Made by a program: the position numbers and the translations under genes
Assembly (NCBI RefSeq): GCF_009914755.1
Contig: NC_060936.1
Source of the DNA: the human T2T-CHM13v2.0 reference genome, Homo sapiens
Strand: one strand, 5' to 3'
DNA length: 64,000 nucleotides
In this document: positions 13,259 to 26,602 of the stretch, piece after piece
How the letters are laid out: the number at the start of each line of letters is the position of its first letter
Numbering within the stretch: position 1 is the first letter of the stretch
Notes under the pieces: generated by a model
Databases searched by the model: none
What the model was told of the DNA's origin: nothing
What the model saw: the letters and a program-made list of their open reading frames with translations, nothing else

Positions 13259-15454
13259 GAAGGCTGAGGACCAACTGGCTGTAGCTGGGAGACAGAGTGG
13301 ACCCTCTGAGGGCAGGAGGCTGCGAGCTTTCCATGCACCTGCAAACAACCGCCTGGGTTGGGTCTAAGTCCCTGGTCCTCAGAGAAGATACGCCATGGTG
13401 CTGAGTGGTACCAATTCAGAGGCACAGAGACAGGGGCTGATGGTGATGACCGTGAGGGCTGAGCCCTGTGATCCACTCCCATCTCTCTGGTCTAACTGGT
13501 GGCTCAACAAGGTGCTGTGGGATCTTGGGCCTCACCGATGTGAGTGGGTAACCCCTGGCGGCTGGCATGACCAACACCCCAACCCATCCTGGATTCTGGG
13601 TAGGGGCCACTCTGTGCCCTGGGTGGAGGGCAGGCCTGCCTGGGACAGTGCCCTTTGCCGGCCCCACACTGCCATCTGCCTGCCGGCCTCAGAACTACAG
13701 CCCAGCACCAGGCTCAGCCCTGTTGGGACGCATGAAAGCCCAGCGCACAGATGAGAAACCAAGGCCCAGAGGGCACCCAAAGCATCCCCAAGTTCACACA
13801 GATCACAGTCACCAAGCTGGAATCCAGGTCCTGCATGGGCCCAAGGCTTCTGCTTATTTTTAACCTGGGCACAGTAATCAGGGTGGGACACCGAGAGCCA
13901 GTGAGGCTGGGCAGAGCCCCTGAGGATGCCCCTCCTCCCTGGTCCCCACTCCAGGGGAGGCAGGACCCTGGGCAAGCCTGGGCCCTGGAGGCTTTGGGTC
14001 CCCTGGGAAGGTCGGGGCAGAAGGTGGCAATTTCTGCTTCCAGCAGACCATGGTTCTCCCTTTCATTGCCCCCCAGTCCTGTGGGGCTGGTTTCTGCAGT
14101 GCTGGATGTGAGGCTGGTCAGACACCAGCACAGGGCCAGGGACCCCCAGCCTTGGCTATCCTTGCTGGCAAATCCCCATCAGAGCCCCCAAGGATGAATT
14201 CCATCTGTGTTGGCACCACCCCTTTGTCCCTGCTTACCAGTAGCTGGGCCAGGGTGGGCCCTCTTTGGGGATTTGGGACTGCCTCTTTCTGGGTGAACTG
14301 AGGTCAGCATCCCAGACTGCCTGGGCATGAAGGCTGAGAGATGGGGACAGGCAGAATTCCAGGACCCTGGGTATCCCCACGCTTAGCATGACTCAGACGC
14401 ACTTCTGAAGGAAGAACAAAAAGAGCATGCCCTGCTTTGCAGATTATCTTGCGCCCATGAGGGGCAGAGGACCCACCTCCCACCCCCTTTGTACTCCGAA
14501 AGCTTTTAGGGGCCTGGGAAGCTGGGGCCACCCTGGGAACCCACCCAGCAAGACTCAGCTTTTGCAGGGCAGGCGTTTCCTGGCTGCCAACTGTCTACAT
14601 GTCTGGTGGGTCTTGGGTGGAGTGGGACACAGACTGGGGGTCTTCACTCCACAGTGGCTCCAGGAATGCTATTGGGGCAGAGCTGACCTCATGGCTCTGC
14701 CAAGAGGAAAGGTTCTCTGACCTCTGCTCTAGGATGGGGGCAGGCCTCAGCGGCCACACTCAGGCCAGCGCTGTCCCCATGGGCTTGGGGACATAGGATG
14801 GCTAAGAGGTTGTGATGGGGCTGTCCAGATGGAAACCCTACCAGGAGGCTTCAAGACACTCTGGACCAGCAGGGGAAGCTCCAGGGCAAGGGTGGGCTTC
14901 CTCTCTCTAGGGAAGCAGGCAGTGGCACCACAGGGGGCCCCAGTGCACTCCCCATGCCAGGGCGCCTGTAGCTATACCTGGGGGCCAGTGGGCATATGAA
15001 GTCTCTCTCACGCTCTTCCAGCTCAGCCACCCAATCTGGCTCTGGGGACTGACACTGCACACGGGACCGGGCACCAGGTGGGGTGTCAGGCTTTGGGGGA
15101 GTGTGGAGGGGCAGCCGTGCTGCTGTGGCAGCATACGGAAAGGGCAGGTAAATGAGGGGGAGGGCCAGGCCACTGGCACCAAGGGACAAGGCCGAGGGTG
15201 ACTGGGTCAATAGTGAAGAACTGTGGCCATTCCCAGGTTCCACTCTGCTCCAGAAGGGATGCTGCGGACACAAGACAGGGCACACCCAAGATGTGGTAGA
15301 CTTGAACCCAAGAGGCACCTGAACAAGCTGGCAGGAGTTGCTCTCTCTCCTGCCTGTATTCAAAACACACCAGGACATCCCCGGTCATGATCTCTATGGG
15401 CAGGGATGACATTAGAATACTACAATTAGGAAGTGATGGCCATTCTGGACTCCA

Positions 15455-16640
15455 CGGGTGTGAATACTAGACACCTTCACTATGGGTGTGAATACCCAAC
15501 ACCCTCACCCTGTGTATATGTGATACTCTTGCCATGAGTGTGAACACCTAACATCCTCACCATGAGTGTGAACACCTGACACATGGGTGTTAATACCCAA
15601 CACCCTCACCCTGTGTATATGTGACACTCTTGCCATGAGTGTGAACACCTAACATCCTCACGAGTGTGAATACCTGACACATGGGTGTGAATACCCAACA
15701 CCCTCACCCTGTGTATATGTGATACTCTTGCCATGAGTGTGAACACCTAACATCCTCACCATGAGTGTGAACACCTGACACATGGGTGTGAATACCCAAC
15801 ACCCTCACCCTGTGTATATGTGATACTCTTGCCATGAGTGTGAACACCTAACATCCTCACCATGAGTGTGAACACCTGACACATGGGTGTGAATACCCAA
15901 CACCCTCACCCTGTGTATATGATACTCTTGCCATGAGTGTGAACCCCTAACATCCTCACCATGAGTGTGAACACCTGACACATGGGTGTGAATACCCAAC
16001 ACCCTCACCCTGTGTATATTTGATACTCTTGCCATGAGTGTGAACACCTAACATCCTCACCATGAGTGTGAATACCTGACACCCTCTCAATATGTGTGAA
16101 CATCTGACACCTTCACCATGGGTGTGACTTGACACCCTCGCCATGGTGTGAATACCTGACACATGGGTGTGAACATCTGACACCCTCTCACCATGGTGTG
16201 ACCACTTGACACCCTCACCACGGTGTGAACACCTGACACATGGGAATGAATACCTGGCACCCTCTCACCATGTGTGAACATCTGACACCCTCACTATGGT
16301 GTGAATACCTGACACCATGAGTGTGAACATGACACCCTCACCATGGTGTGAACACCTGACACCATGTGTGAACATCTGACACCCTCGCCATGGTGTGAAT
16401 ACCTAACACCATGAGTATGAACATCTGACACTCTCACCATGGGTGTGACTACTTGACACCCTCAGCATGGTGTGAATACCTGATACATGGGTGTGAATAC
16501 CTGACACCCTCTCACCATGAGTGTGAACATGACACCCTGACCATCATGTGAATACCTGACACATGGGTGTGAACCCATGTGAACATCTGACACACTCTTA
16601 CCATGGGTGTGAACACTTGAGACCTTCACCACAGATGTGA
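15455..16640. repeat. Complex VNTR: six ~101-bp higher-order units (15482-~16082) grading into degenerate ~25-bp monomers
   Basis: atgggtgt recurs at 15482, 15583, 15681, 15782, 15883 and 15982. Confidence 0.93.
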
Positions 16641-16819
16641 CTATTTGATGTCCTCATGGTGATGTCCTTACCAAGGGTATAAATATTCAACTTGCAAAAG
16701 GATCCACTCCCTGGTGACTCAGGCGGATGTGGCCTTGGCCCTCCAGGGGTATACTCCCACTGTCCCCTAAACGCCTGCCCTATTGGCTGCCCAGTCTGAG
16801 GTAGAGAAGAAACCTTTGT

Positions 16820-17814
16820 AACTGGAGTATAATTCGCTTTTTAATTAGAACGACGTGTGTAAATGACAGAATACCACCACCCTGCGCAGATGGCGGCCAC
16901 AGAATACGCATCGAATTCATTCTGCCCAAGGAAGGGAGGGAGGGAGGACACAGCGGGGCGTGAGCCAGCAGTCCCCGCCCCCTTGGTCCTGCGAGTGATG
17001 GGGTCACCGACTGTCGGCCTGCACACGCCTCTTGAACGGTAAGCAGAGATCAAAAGCACAGCAGCAGTAATACTGGGTAAGTCCTTCCTTGCGTAAAACA
17101 TCTGAATTAATTCATTGAAGGTATCAAAAATATACCCTGTAAACCAACACATCATTTACATCTGCCTTTCCTTCCCACCGCTGCGGCAACGATGTGTGAA
17201 AAAAACAGTCCAGTCCTCGGAGCATCCGTTCCCCCCAGGCCGCACCTGGCCCTTTTGTCCGCCCACCTGGCCTGACTTGGTTTCCAGCAATCTCGTTGGC
17301 TGGGGCAGTCTGTGGGGACCGGAACGAGCGCACTGGGGGCTGGACAGGGCCTGCGTCCATCTGTCCAGAGCGCTAAGCGGGATGGGAGGCGGAGGGAGGG
17401 CGCGGGGGCTGCGAGCTCAGTTTAGACTTTGGTTCCAAATGCATTCGGGGGAGGCAGTGGCGTGGAGGTGCGTGGTCATCCTGCTTTGGGTCCCTGGCCG
17501 CCCTGGCCGCCTGCGTGTGGCTGCCACACGCCTGCCGTGCCCCCTCCCCGGCCCCTTCCCCTCCCTTCCCGAGCACCAGGTAAACATCCCCTGAGTAAGG
17601 TCTGCACAGGGCCAGCCCGGGGCGGGAGTCTTAGTTAAGGCTTTAGACAGGCAAGGATGCCGGCTCTGGACGGACAGATGGATGGAGGCGCAGGCGGACT
17701 CAGGGGCTCCTTCCTTGGTTGGGGGAGTCGGCAGCCGCCCTGCTCCTGCAGGGCCGTTCCTGTGGCTCGCTGGGACCTGACACCGCCCCCCCCCCCCCCC
17801 CGCCCTGTTCTGAG
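16820..17814 (-). other. NCOR2: NCOR2 3' UTR (end approximate)
   Basis: Between TGA (17815-17817) and ATTAAA; contains several miRNA seed matches. Confidence 0.8.
16840..16845 (-). terminator. NCOR2 polyadenylation signal ATTAAA
   Basis: tttaat on the + strand, about 1 kb past the stop codon; followed on the - strand by ggtttcttctct (U-rich). Confidence 0.7.
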
Positions 17815-17996
17815 TCACTCGCTGTCGGAGAGTGTCTCGTACTGCGAGCAGAGCAGTGGCTTGGGCTCCTCGTCCCAGGCGTGGTGGGGGCCAGCGAGGG
17901 GCCCGCTGCCCGCGGGGAGGCCCGGTGGGGGTGGGGAAGCCATGACACCCGCCTGCAGCCGCATGATCAGGGGGTTGTAGGGGAATGGCGTGGAAC
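17815..17996 (-). CDS. NCOR2: NCOR2 last coding exon (GSTPFPYNPL...YETLSDSE*), with the SPEN/SHARP SPOC-binding LSD tail
   Basis: Acceptor cccgcAG; phase 1; SMRT C-terminus. Confidence 0.97.
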
Positions 17997-18603
17997 CTGC
18001 GGGAAGAAGCGAAAGATGCCCAGGAGGCCTCTGTGAGCCCAGCAGCCCCTGCTGGCCGCCTGCCCACCACACCGGGAACAGAGGCCTCAGCGTTTCTGTC
18101 CAACAGTCCTCCCAGACCTTTCTAATTGCGAACAGGTCTCAGAACCGTCTGCCTCTCTTCACCTGTTCTACTTCCGTCCCTGTTCACACCCTGCCGCTGT
18201 CTTTTGCCTGGACTATAGCAGTAGCCTATTCACCGTCCCTCTGGTCTATTCTCCCAGGGGCCTTCTGACCCTATGTTAGATGAGCATTTCCCTTCCGAAA
18301 GCCCTCCACGCCTCCTCACTACCCATCAAAGGAAGTCCAGGCTCCCCTGGATGGTCCACCAGGCCCATGTGATCTGGCCGGCCCCAACCACACCCTTTTC
18401 CTCTGCCTGTGCCCCTGGCAGAAGCATCCTGATGGTTCGTGAGCCAGGCTCAGCTGCCCAGGCCCCTGGACAGCGTTTCCACAGAACAGGCCCGAGTCTG
18501 AGCTCTGCATGCAGCAGGCGCTCAGCATTCAGTGCCCCGGCAGCATTCACAGCCCAGTGTTGGGGGCTCAGCGAGCCCAGCCCTGTCCCCACCTGGTGCC
18601 CAC

Positions 18604-18783
18604 CTGCGGACGAGGGCCTGTCCTCCCACACGCGGTTGGTGAGCGGCGTCCGGCGGTTGCAGTCTCCCTCCGAGTGCACTGAGGAGACAGAGGGTGGCCG
18701 GTCCCCAGATGCCAGGCCCGGGGCCGGGGACTTGGCTTTTCGGCTGCTGGGTCTGCCAGAGACCTTGGCCTTCCCGCCGCCAC
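18604..18783 (-). CDS. NCOR2: NCOR2 exon (GGGGKAKVSG...WEDRPSSA), 180 nt
   Basis: AG/GT boundaries; frame continuous with neighbours. Confidence 0.95.
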
Positions 18784-19821
18784 CTGCAGGGGGACAAGAT
18801 GGGAAGGGGCTGCGTTGGGCAGTGAAGACAGCACTGACGCTACGGTGGGGCCACAGGGGCAGGGTGAGGTCCTGCCATGGGCCCTCCAAAGAGGGAGGGA
18901 GAGCAGTAACGTGAACCCCTCCTCCCTGCTGCCCGCCCCAGCTGGGAAGCCAGGGTTGACCAGATGGCCAGCCATGAGCCTGGAGGGTGGAGATAGTTTC
19001 TGCTGGGCAGGGGGAGGTGGCTAAACTGTCTGCTGTTTGCAATAGCCCCCTGGGCTGTCCTGCAGCGACCCCAGCCCCAGGGGCTGGAACCCTAAGCATG
19101 AAGCTGGGCTTCCAGTTTGAGCGTGGCCCCAGGACCATGCTAAGGCTAGGCAGGATCCAGGCCCCGTGCAGAGAAGTCAGGACCCCTGAGGCCAGGCCTG
19201 ACCCCCACAGAGGCTCCAGAAGCTTCTTGGGGCCTCAGTGTCCAGGTTGGACAACTGCAACTCTCTCCTCAGCTCCCTGCCCCGATACAGAGGGTATTGA
19301 TGGGGAACCAGGCTGACCCCTAAGGCTCCCTGACTCCCAGGGCTGAGACAGACCCTGGGCTCCTCCCCACCAGGCTAAGGGGCAGCTGAGGACACATAGT
19401 GGGCCTGGCAGATGCTGAGCACAGGCCTGGCTGCCATTCCCCTGTCCACACAGTGTGGGTGGGGCTTCACTCCAGCCTGCTCTCCCCCAAGGAGACAGAT
19501 GGGCCAAGAAGCCGGGTCCCCGCAGGGAGGAAGGCGGGAGGACTGGGGGGCGGACAGCAGTGTGAGTGTCCGAGGGAGGCGGCAGCGCTTCGGGCCTAGT
19601 GGGCAGGAGGGCCGGGGCTGGGGGGCAGAGGGTACAGACACTTGGGGGGTGTCAGCCCAGCTTCAGATTAGCAAACTCCAGAACGAGGTCAAACACGCAC
19701 AAAAATAAAGTCACAAGCTCCAAAGCTCGAGGAGGGGGTTGTCAGAGGAGCGCGGAGGAGCGAGGATTAATCACACCGGGGGTGGGGACAGACGGGGGCG
19801 GGGCGGGGGTGGCCTGCAGAC

Positions 19822-20046
19822 CTGGCGAGGTGAGTGTGTGGTCACTCCGTCCGTCAGCAGCGGTTATGGGCATAGCAGCGGGCAGGCTGGCACTGGCATT
19901 CAGAGGGTTAAAAGCATTGGCGCTGAGCGGCGGGGACTCTTCCCACTGGTCATATTTACCCATGAGTGCCTTTCTAATTATGGCCTCCAGCCCCATGTTG
20001 GTGCTGGCATGTTCCTGCACCGCCTGGCTTCTATAGGTCATAAGGC
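19822..20046 (-). CDS. NCOR2: NCOR2 exon with CoRNR box LEAIIRKAL; internal alternative donor at 19960 removes 138 nt (SMRT alpha/tau)
   Basis: GLMTYRSQ...HTLTSP; donors G|GTAAAT (19960) and G|GTCTGC (19822). Confidence 0.95.
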
Positions 20047-21593
20047 CTGGGAGAGAGAGACAGACAGACAGACAGACACATGGGGGCCGGGGAGGGGGAG
20101 CCAGAGGGGCGACAGAGAGAGAGAAGGGAGAGAGAGAGGGAAGGAGGAGGAGGAGGAGGAGGAGAGAGAAATACACAGTGAGCACATTTCGGCAAAGCAA
20201 CATATTTATTTCCCTATCCCTCCCCACCCTTTTTTTCCTGCTGGGTGGTGATAAAAGGGGAGAGGCTGGTTCCTTCTACCTGGGGCCCCGGAAGCTCTTG
20301 GGCACTGCCAGGGAGGTGGGGTAGGGGAGGTCAGATGCCCCCACCAGCCCCTATTCTCATTCCTATTCTGTCCTCTGGGAAATCACAAGCCCCGTCTGCA
20401 CCTCCAATCCTAGCTGGGGCTGTTTTGTTTGTTTTTTTTTTAAATCTCAAGTGGCCTTAATGGAGAGGGTGGGAGATGGGAGGGCTACCCTGTTTGGGGA
20501 ACAGGCTGCTAGAAAATTGGCTCAAGCCAGAGCTGGGGGCTGGCTGGGGGCTGGGGAAGGGACTGAGAGAGAGAAGGTGACCAGATGGTCCTCCCGCTGC
20601 CCCACCTCCACCTGTGTGACCTGGGACGTGCAGCCCCGTACCTCCCCACCAAGCTGGGCCTGCTCTCCTCCCTCTGCCTCTCCCCACCCAGGAGCCATGA
20701 GGAGAAAGAGGTGCAGAGACGGACGCTGAGGGCGGGGTCATAGCCATGCAGTTACGGTGCGTGCAGGGGACAGGGCAGAAGTAGACACAATCACGGGACC
20801 AGCCCTGGTCCGGCCCCAGCTGGCCCAGCTGCCCAGTCCCAAGGACAAAGTGGTCGAATCAACAAACCGGTCCCAAGAGGATGCTTCCAGAACACCTCCT
20901 GACAATCGGGGAAACCTCCTTTTCTGTTAACCACATTTCCTTTCCCTTTTTTCTTTCTTGTGAACCACGTGGAGGTGGGGGCCTTTGCACACCCCCCAGA
21001 GGTGCTGTCTTTTCAGAACTTTTGTTAAACCAGCCTTTGCTTTCAAAAGCCCCCAGTGAAGCCCCATTCCACCGTGCCCACCACGGGGCAAGTGTTTCAT
21101 GGAGTTTTAAACTTCTGCTCCGAATGAATCATACGAATACAAAGTGGTCAAATCGTCTTTCCGACCACTCGCTCCTTTGTAAACCAAACCGAGGCTTCCA
21201 TGAGGTTGCGGGTGATGCAGATGCTTTGAAAATCACGTTTCTGTAGCAACTGCTGGCTGCCTGCGTTTTCTTTTCCCTTTTGGTTTCAAATACGTTTGTA
21301 GCCAGGGATGCTCACACCTTTTCTGCTGTCTTGGCCACATTTCTGCAGCACTTTTGAAAAAACAGCCATGTGCATGAAGAAAAAGCAACATTTCCAACAA
21401 GGGTGAGTGCTGAAATCACAGCAGCGCGACTGGGCCTTCTACCCAAGGCCACGAGTCCGTGACCTGATGGAGCTGGCTCCAGGCTTAACGATCTCCATTT
21501 ATAAAGGTGAAGTCTGACACAGGTTGAGTGGCAAAGACTGGAGCCTGGAAAATTTCTTCTTGTGGACTAAAACTGCATAAAAAGAAAAAATCA

Positions 21594-22170
<577 letters not shown>

Positions 22171-23259
22171 AAAATATTTATATATAAGTGTTAGCATAAA
22201 TCTTCACTGTACCATGCCATGAGTTTTTACACACAGATACACCTGTGTGTCTAGCACCTACTTCAAGATTTAGAACATCCCAGGAACATTCATTTCTAAC
22301 CCTCTTGTTGTTTCGACCAAATTGTCTTCTTCCCGTTGCCTGAGGCTTGGCAATGCCCCCGGTGTCTAGTCACTGGGCAGGTGGAGGTGTCCTAGTTGGG
22401 ACTCCCATTTGGAGGCCTCGCTGACCCCCTGATAATATCTGAACGACTATCCTTCGCTCACCATTCCCAGGGCTCAAGGCCCAGGAATGTTCCCCAGGGA
22501 AGATCAGCAAACCTCTCCGACCTCCATCCTGGCCTCAGCTTCCACCAAAGGACCAGAGGATAACCAGGCACCCACACAGAGGCAGCCGACCCCAAAACTG
22601 CCTCAGCCCCACTGGGCCAGGCCTGCCCATGCAGAGTGACCCCCAGAGGCCACACCCCAGACTCACCAAGGAAATACACAATGGGGCCCTCCTAGAGGAT
22701 GGGGCTCCAACCTCAAGGGACCCCTAAGTCCAAAAGATCATAGAAGTCTTAAGTTTCAGCTTAAAAGTGCGTGTCAATTTTACACCTATCTCTGCCACAC
22801 ACCTGTATTTGATCTTGAAAGAAAAAGTAAGGCTTCCCAGTTCCCTGGCTGGATTTAAGGAATGAAGCTCTAGCTATAACAAACGCCCGAGTGAACTCGG
22901 AGGCTTGTGCTCTGAGCTCAGGCCCACCCCTCGTCCAGACATGTGCATCTCCAGCTGAGGCTGGCGAAGAAGCAAGGTGAGTTTCCAGCTGGTGAGGGTG
23001 CATCTGATACTTACTAACCACCCGAGGGGATCTTAACTCCAGAGATTCCCTGCACAGCGAGGATCCTGTCTACACAGGGAACAAGCCTCGCCTGCCTGTT
23101 GTGTGACTCTGAATCCTACTGTGCGGTTAGTTCATCCCAGAATGAGGGGGTACACCCAGACTAGCGAAGGCTCCTCGTCCCTTCATGACAGCTGGAGCAG
23201 GGGTGGGGAGGGAGCGGAGGGGACCAGGGCAGCCATATAGCAAGGGCTGGATGGGTTAC

Positions 23260-23313
23260 CTGTTCCGGTGATGGCGGGCATATTGAAGATCTCCGTCCCA
23301 GGCTGGCTGATAT
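23260..23313 (-). CDS. NCOR2: NCOR2 54-nt exon (NISQPGTEIFNMPAITGT)
   Basis: cttccAG acceptor and GTaacc donor; not in the ORF track, translated by hand. Confidence 0.93.
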
Positions 23314-23478
23314 CTGGAAGCGGGTGACAGAGTGGGTGAGGCCCCCAGGTCTCTGGGAATTACCTGCCCTACCAGTCCCGTGTGGTCCAGGCCAGGTGTG
23401 CTGGCATCACCTGGGGAAACTTGTGCATTGCAGGTTCTCATGCAGCAGGCCTGGGACAGGGCCAAGCGTCTGCATTTC

Positions 23479-24158
<680 letters not shown>

Positions 24159-24734
24159 CAAGCCAGTGACTATCTGCAAGGTTTCTACTCCAGCCCCAGG
24201 AAGGGAAAAGCATCTGTGATTTGTCCAAACTTCCCTGGCAGATGAGGCTTCTTGGGGTCGGGGACTGTGACAGATTCTTTATTTGCCCACCCACTCACGT
24301 ATTCCCTGGTGGATCTGCTAACTGCCAGGCGCTGTGCTAGGGACTGGGAAGCAGAGTGGGGCGTTCATACCCAGCAACCACGTCAATGGGTGCAAAGCCA
24401 CACAGGTGCTGAGTGTGGGAGGCGCCCGGCCCTTGTGTGGGAGGGATCCAACCCCTGGTCCCAGTATTCATGCAGGTATTCACTGGGCACCTACTATGTG
24501 CTGGGTGCTATTCTTCTGTGCCAGTAAGCTCCTATGGAAAGCCCAGCAAATCAAGAAACTGCCCTGGGGCTCCCCAAATGTGAGGCAAAGGGCCTGGGGG
24601 GAGGTGGTCAGCAGGGCCACTTAGCTTTCGAAGGTGCACCGTGGGTTTCTGCCACTGGGCGGCTCCAGCTGCCCAGGCAGGCCACCCGCCCACCTGTGGC
24701 CCCATGCTTCCCCGGGAGCCTGCAGGCCCCTTAC

Positions 24735-24883
24735 TGTATTCAGGCTCATTCCGGTTGTGGGTGTTCAGCTTCTTGTTGATCTCTTGCTTCTTGGACTTGA
24801 CCATGGCGGAGTTGCTCTCGGTCAGCTTGCTGAAGAAGGCTGGCGGCTGGCTGGTGTTGCCTGGAGACTTGGAGCCCATCCTG
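24735..24883 (-). CDS. NCOR2: NCOR2 exon (SRMGSKSPG...NRNEPEY); NAGNAG acceptor
   Basis: cacAG|cAG| acceptor; GTaagg donor. Confidence 0.94.
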
Positions 24884-25545
24884 CTGTGAGGATCAAACAC
24901 CTCACATCAGCTCACTTGGTGCCGAGCTTGCATGCCTTTGATGATGGGGAACTCACCACCTGAGATGCCTTAGACATTTGGAAGCAAGCTTCACCCGCCC
25001 CCACGCCTGCATCCCCTGCCTGGTAGAAGATCACGGCTCCTGAAATCTCCTCTGCGGTTCACCCGTCCTGGGGCTAGGGGTGTCTTGGGAGACGCCTGGC
25101 TGCGTGGTGGGCTGCCTCTGACCACTTGCTCCAGCCTGACCCTCTCAAGAGAGCCCCAAGGACTGAAATTGGGTTCCGATCATGCCCTTCCCCAGGGGCA
25201 GCGGGCCCAGCTTCCTTCTCAGGTCCCACCTCACCCATCGCCCCCGGTCTGGCCCAGCACACCTAGCTCATTATTTCTTAGAGGTTCAACAGGGGCTGTC
25301 AACGGGGGCCTGGTCCAGCTGAGATCCCAGCCCAAAGCATGGAAAGCTACCACTGAGGTCTCCCCAGGGAGGGTGGGCATGTATCACACCCCCAAGTTGG
25401 TGAAACCTGCTTGGCAGGCTTGAGGTCACCCAGCTGAGCCCTGTGCCCTTGTCACTCTCCACATGGCACCACGGTGGACTGGGGCCAAGGATGGGCAAGG
25501 GATACCAGAGCATCCCGGGGGCAGCGCATGTGCCCACAGAAGTAC

Positions 25546-25695
25546 CTGGGCTCCGTCTGTTCCCCATCCCGGTACAGCAGCGGGTACACAGCACTCCGGG
25601 AGTGCCCTGGCTCCGTCATGCCCTCCGGTGGGGACACAGGTTCAATACCGTCCTCACCACCACCCAAGACCGACGTCTTGTTTGGCTCTGGAGAC
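25546..25695 (-). CDS. NCOR2: NCOR2 exon (RSPEPNKTS...EQTEP)
   Basis: AG/GT boundaries; 150 nt, phase 2-2. Confidence 0.94.
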
Positions 25696-26206
25696 CTGGA
25701 TGGAGAAAGGGCCCCAGATGTGGTCAGAGGTCTCCCTACTGAGGGGGCGCACCCTCCCTCCACTCTAAACCAGGGCCCCACACGCTTTTCCTGTACGTGG
25801 CCAAATCATAAACGTTTTAGGCATTTTCGACCACAAGTAATCTCTGGCATGTATCGTTATCATTTTTATTTTTTTTTTAAACAACCCTTTAAAAATGTAA
25901 AATCATTTTTTTAGTTCATGAATTGTACAAACAGAGGGCCCGGGCTAGATCTGGCCCATGGGCCACAGTTTATTGACCCCTGCTCTGAATTCTGGTTGTA
26001 CCCCAGTGCCAGCTACACCACTGCCCCCCAAAGATGTCCTGCTGTCTTGCCATGTCTGTCCTCGCACACACATTACCCCCCCCCCGCCCCCACCAAAACG
26101 CCTCCTTCACCCTGGAGCTCAGGGCCCTCCCCTCTCTTTCTCTTTTGACCCCCAGAGGCCCCACGGTTCACCAGGGTGGGGGTGGGGGCGGGGGTGGGAG
26201 TGGGAG

Positions 26207-26602
26207 TGTGCGTGAGCATGTGCATGTGCCTGTGTCTACAGGGGTGTGCGGGTGCGCCTGTGTGCGGGTGTGCATGTGTGTGTGTGCGCATGTGTGCGGG
26301 TGCGCATGTGTGTGTGTGTGCGCGCATGTGTGCGGGTGTGCATGTGTGTGCGCGCGCATGTGTGTGGGTGTGCACGTGTGTGTGTGCGGGTGCGCATGTG
26401 TGCGGGTGTGCATGTGTGTGTGTGCGCATGTGTGCGGGTGTGCATGTGTGTGTGTGCGCGCATGTGTGTGTGCGCGCATGTGTGCGGGTGTGCATGTGTG
26501 TGCGCGCGCATGTGTGTGGGTGTGCACGTGTGTGTGTGCGGGTGCGCATGTGTGCGGGTGTGCATGTGTGTGTGTGCGCATGTGTGTGGGTGTGCATGTG
26601 TG
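26207..26602. repeat. Compound (TG)/(CG)/(CA) alternating purine-pyrimidine repeat
   Basis: Direct inspection. Confidence 0.95.

Noticed and set aside
12665-13482. Long repetitive ORFs (PPKKEVIPP...)
   Set aside because: They arise from a VNTR that lacks stop codons on that strand; no other coding evidence.
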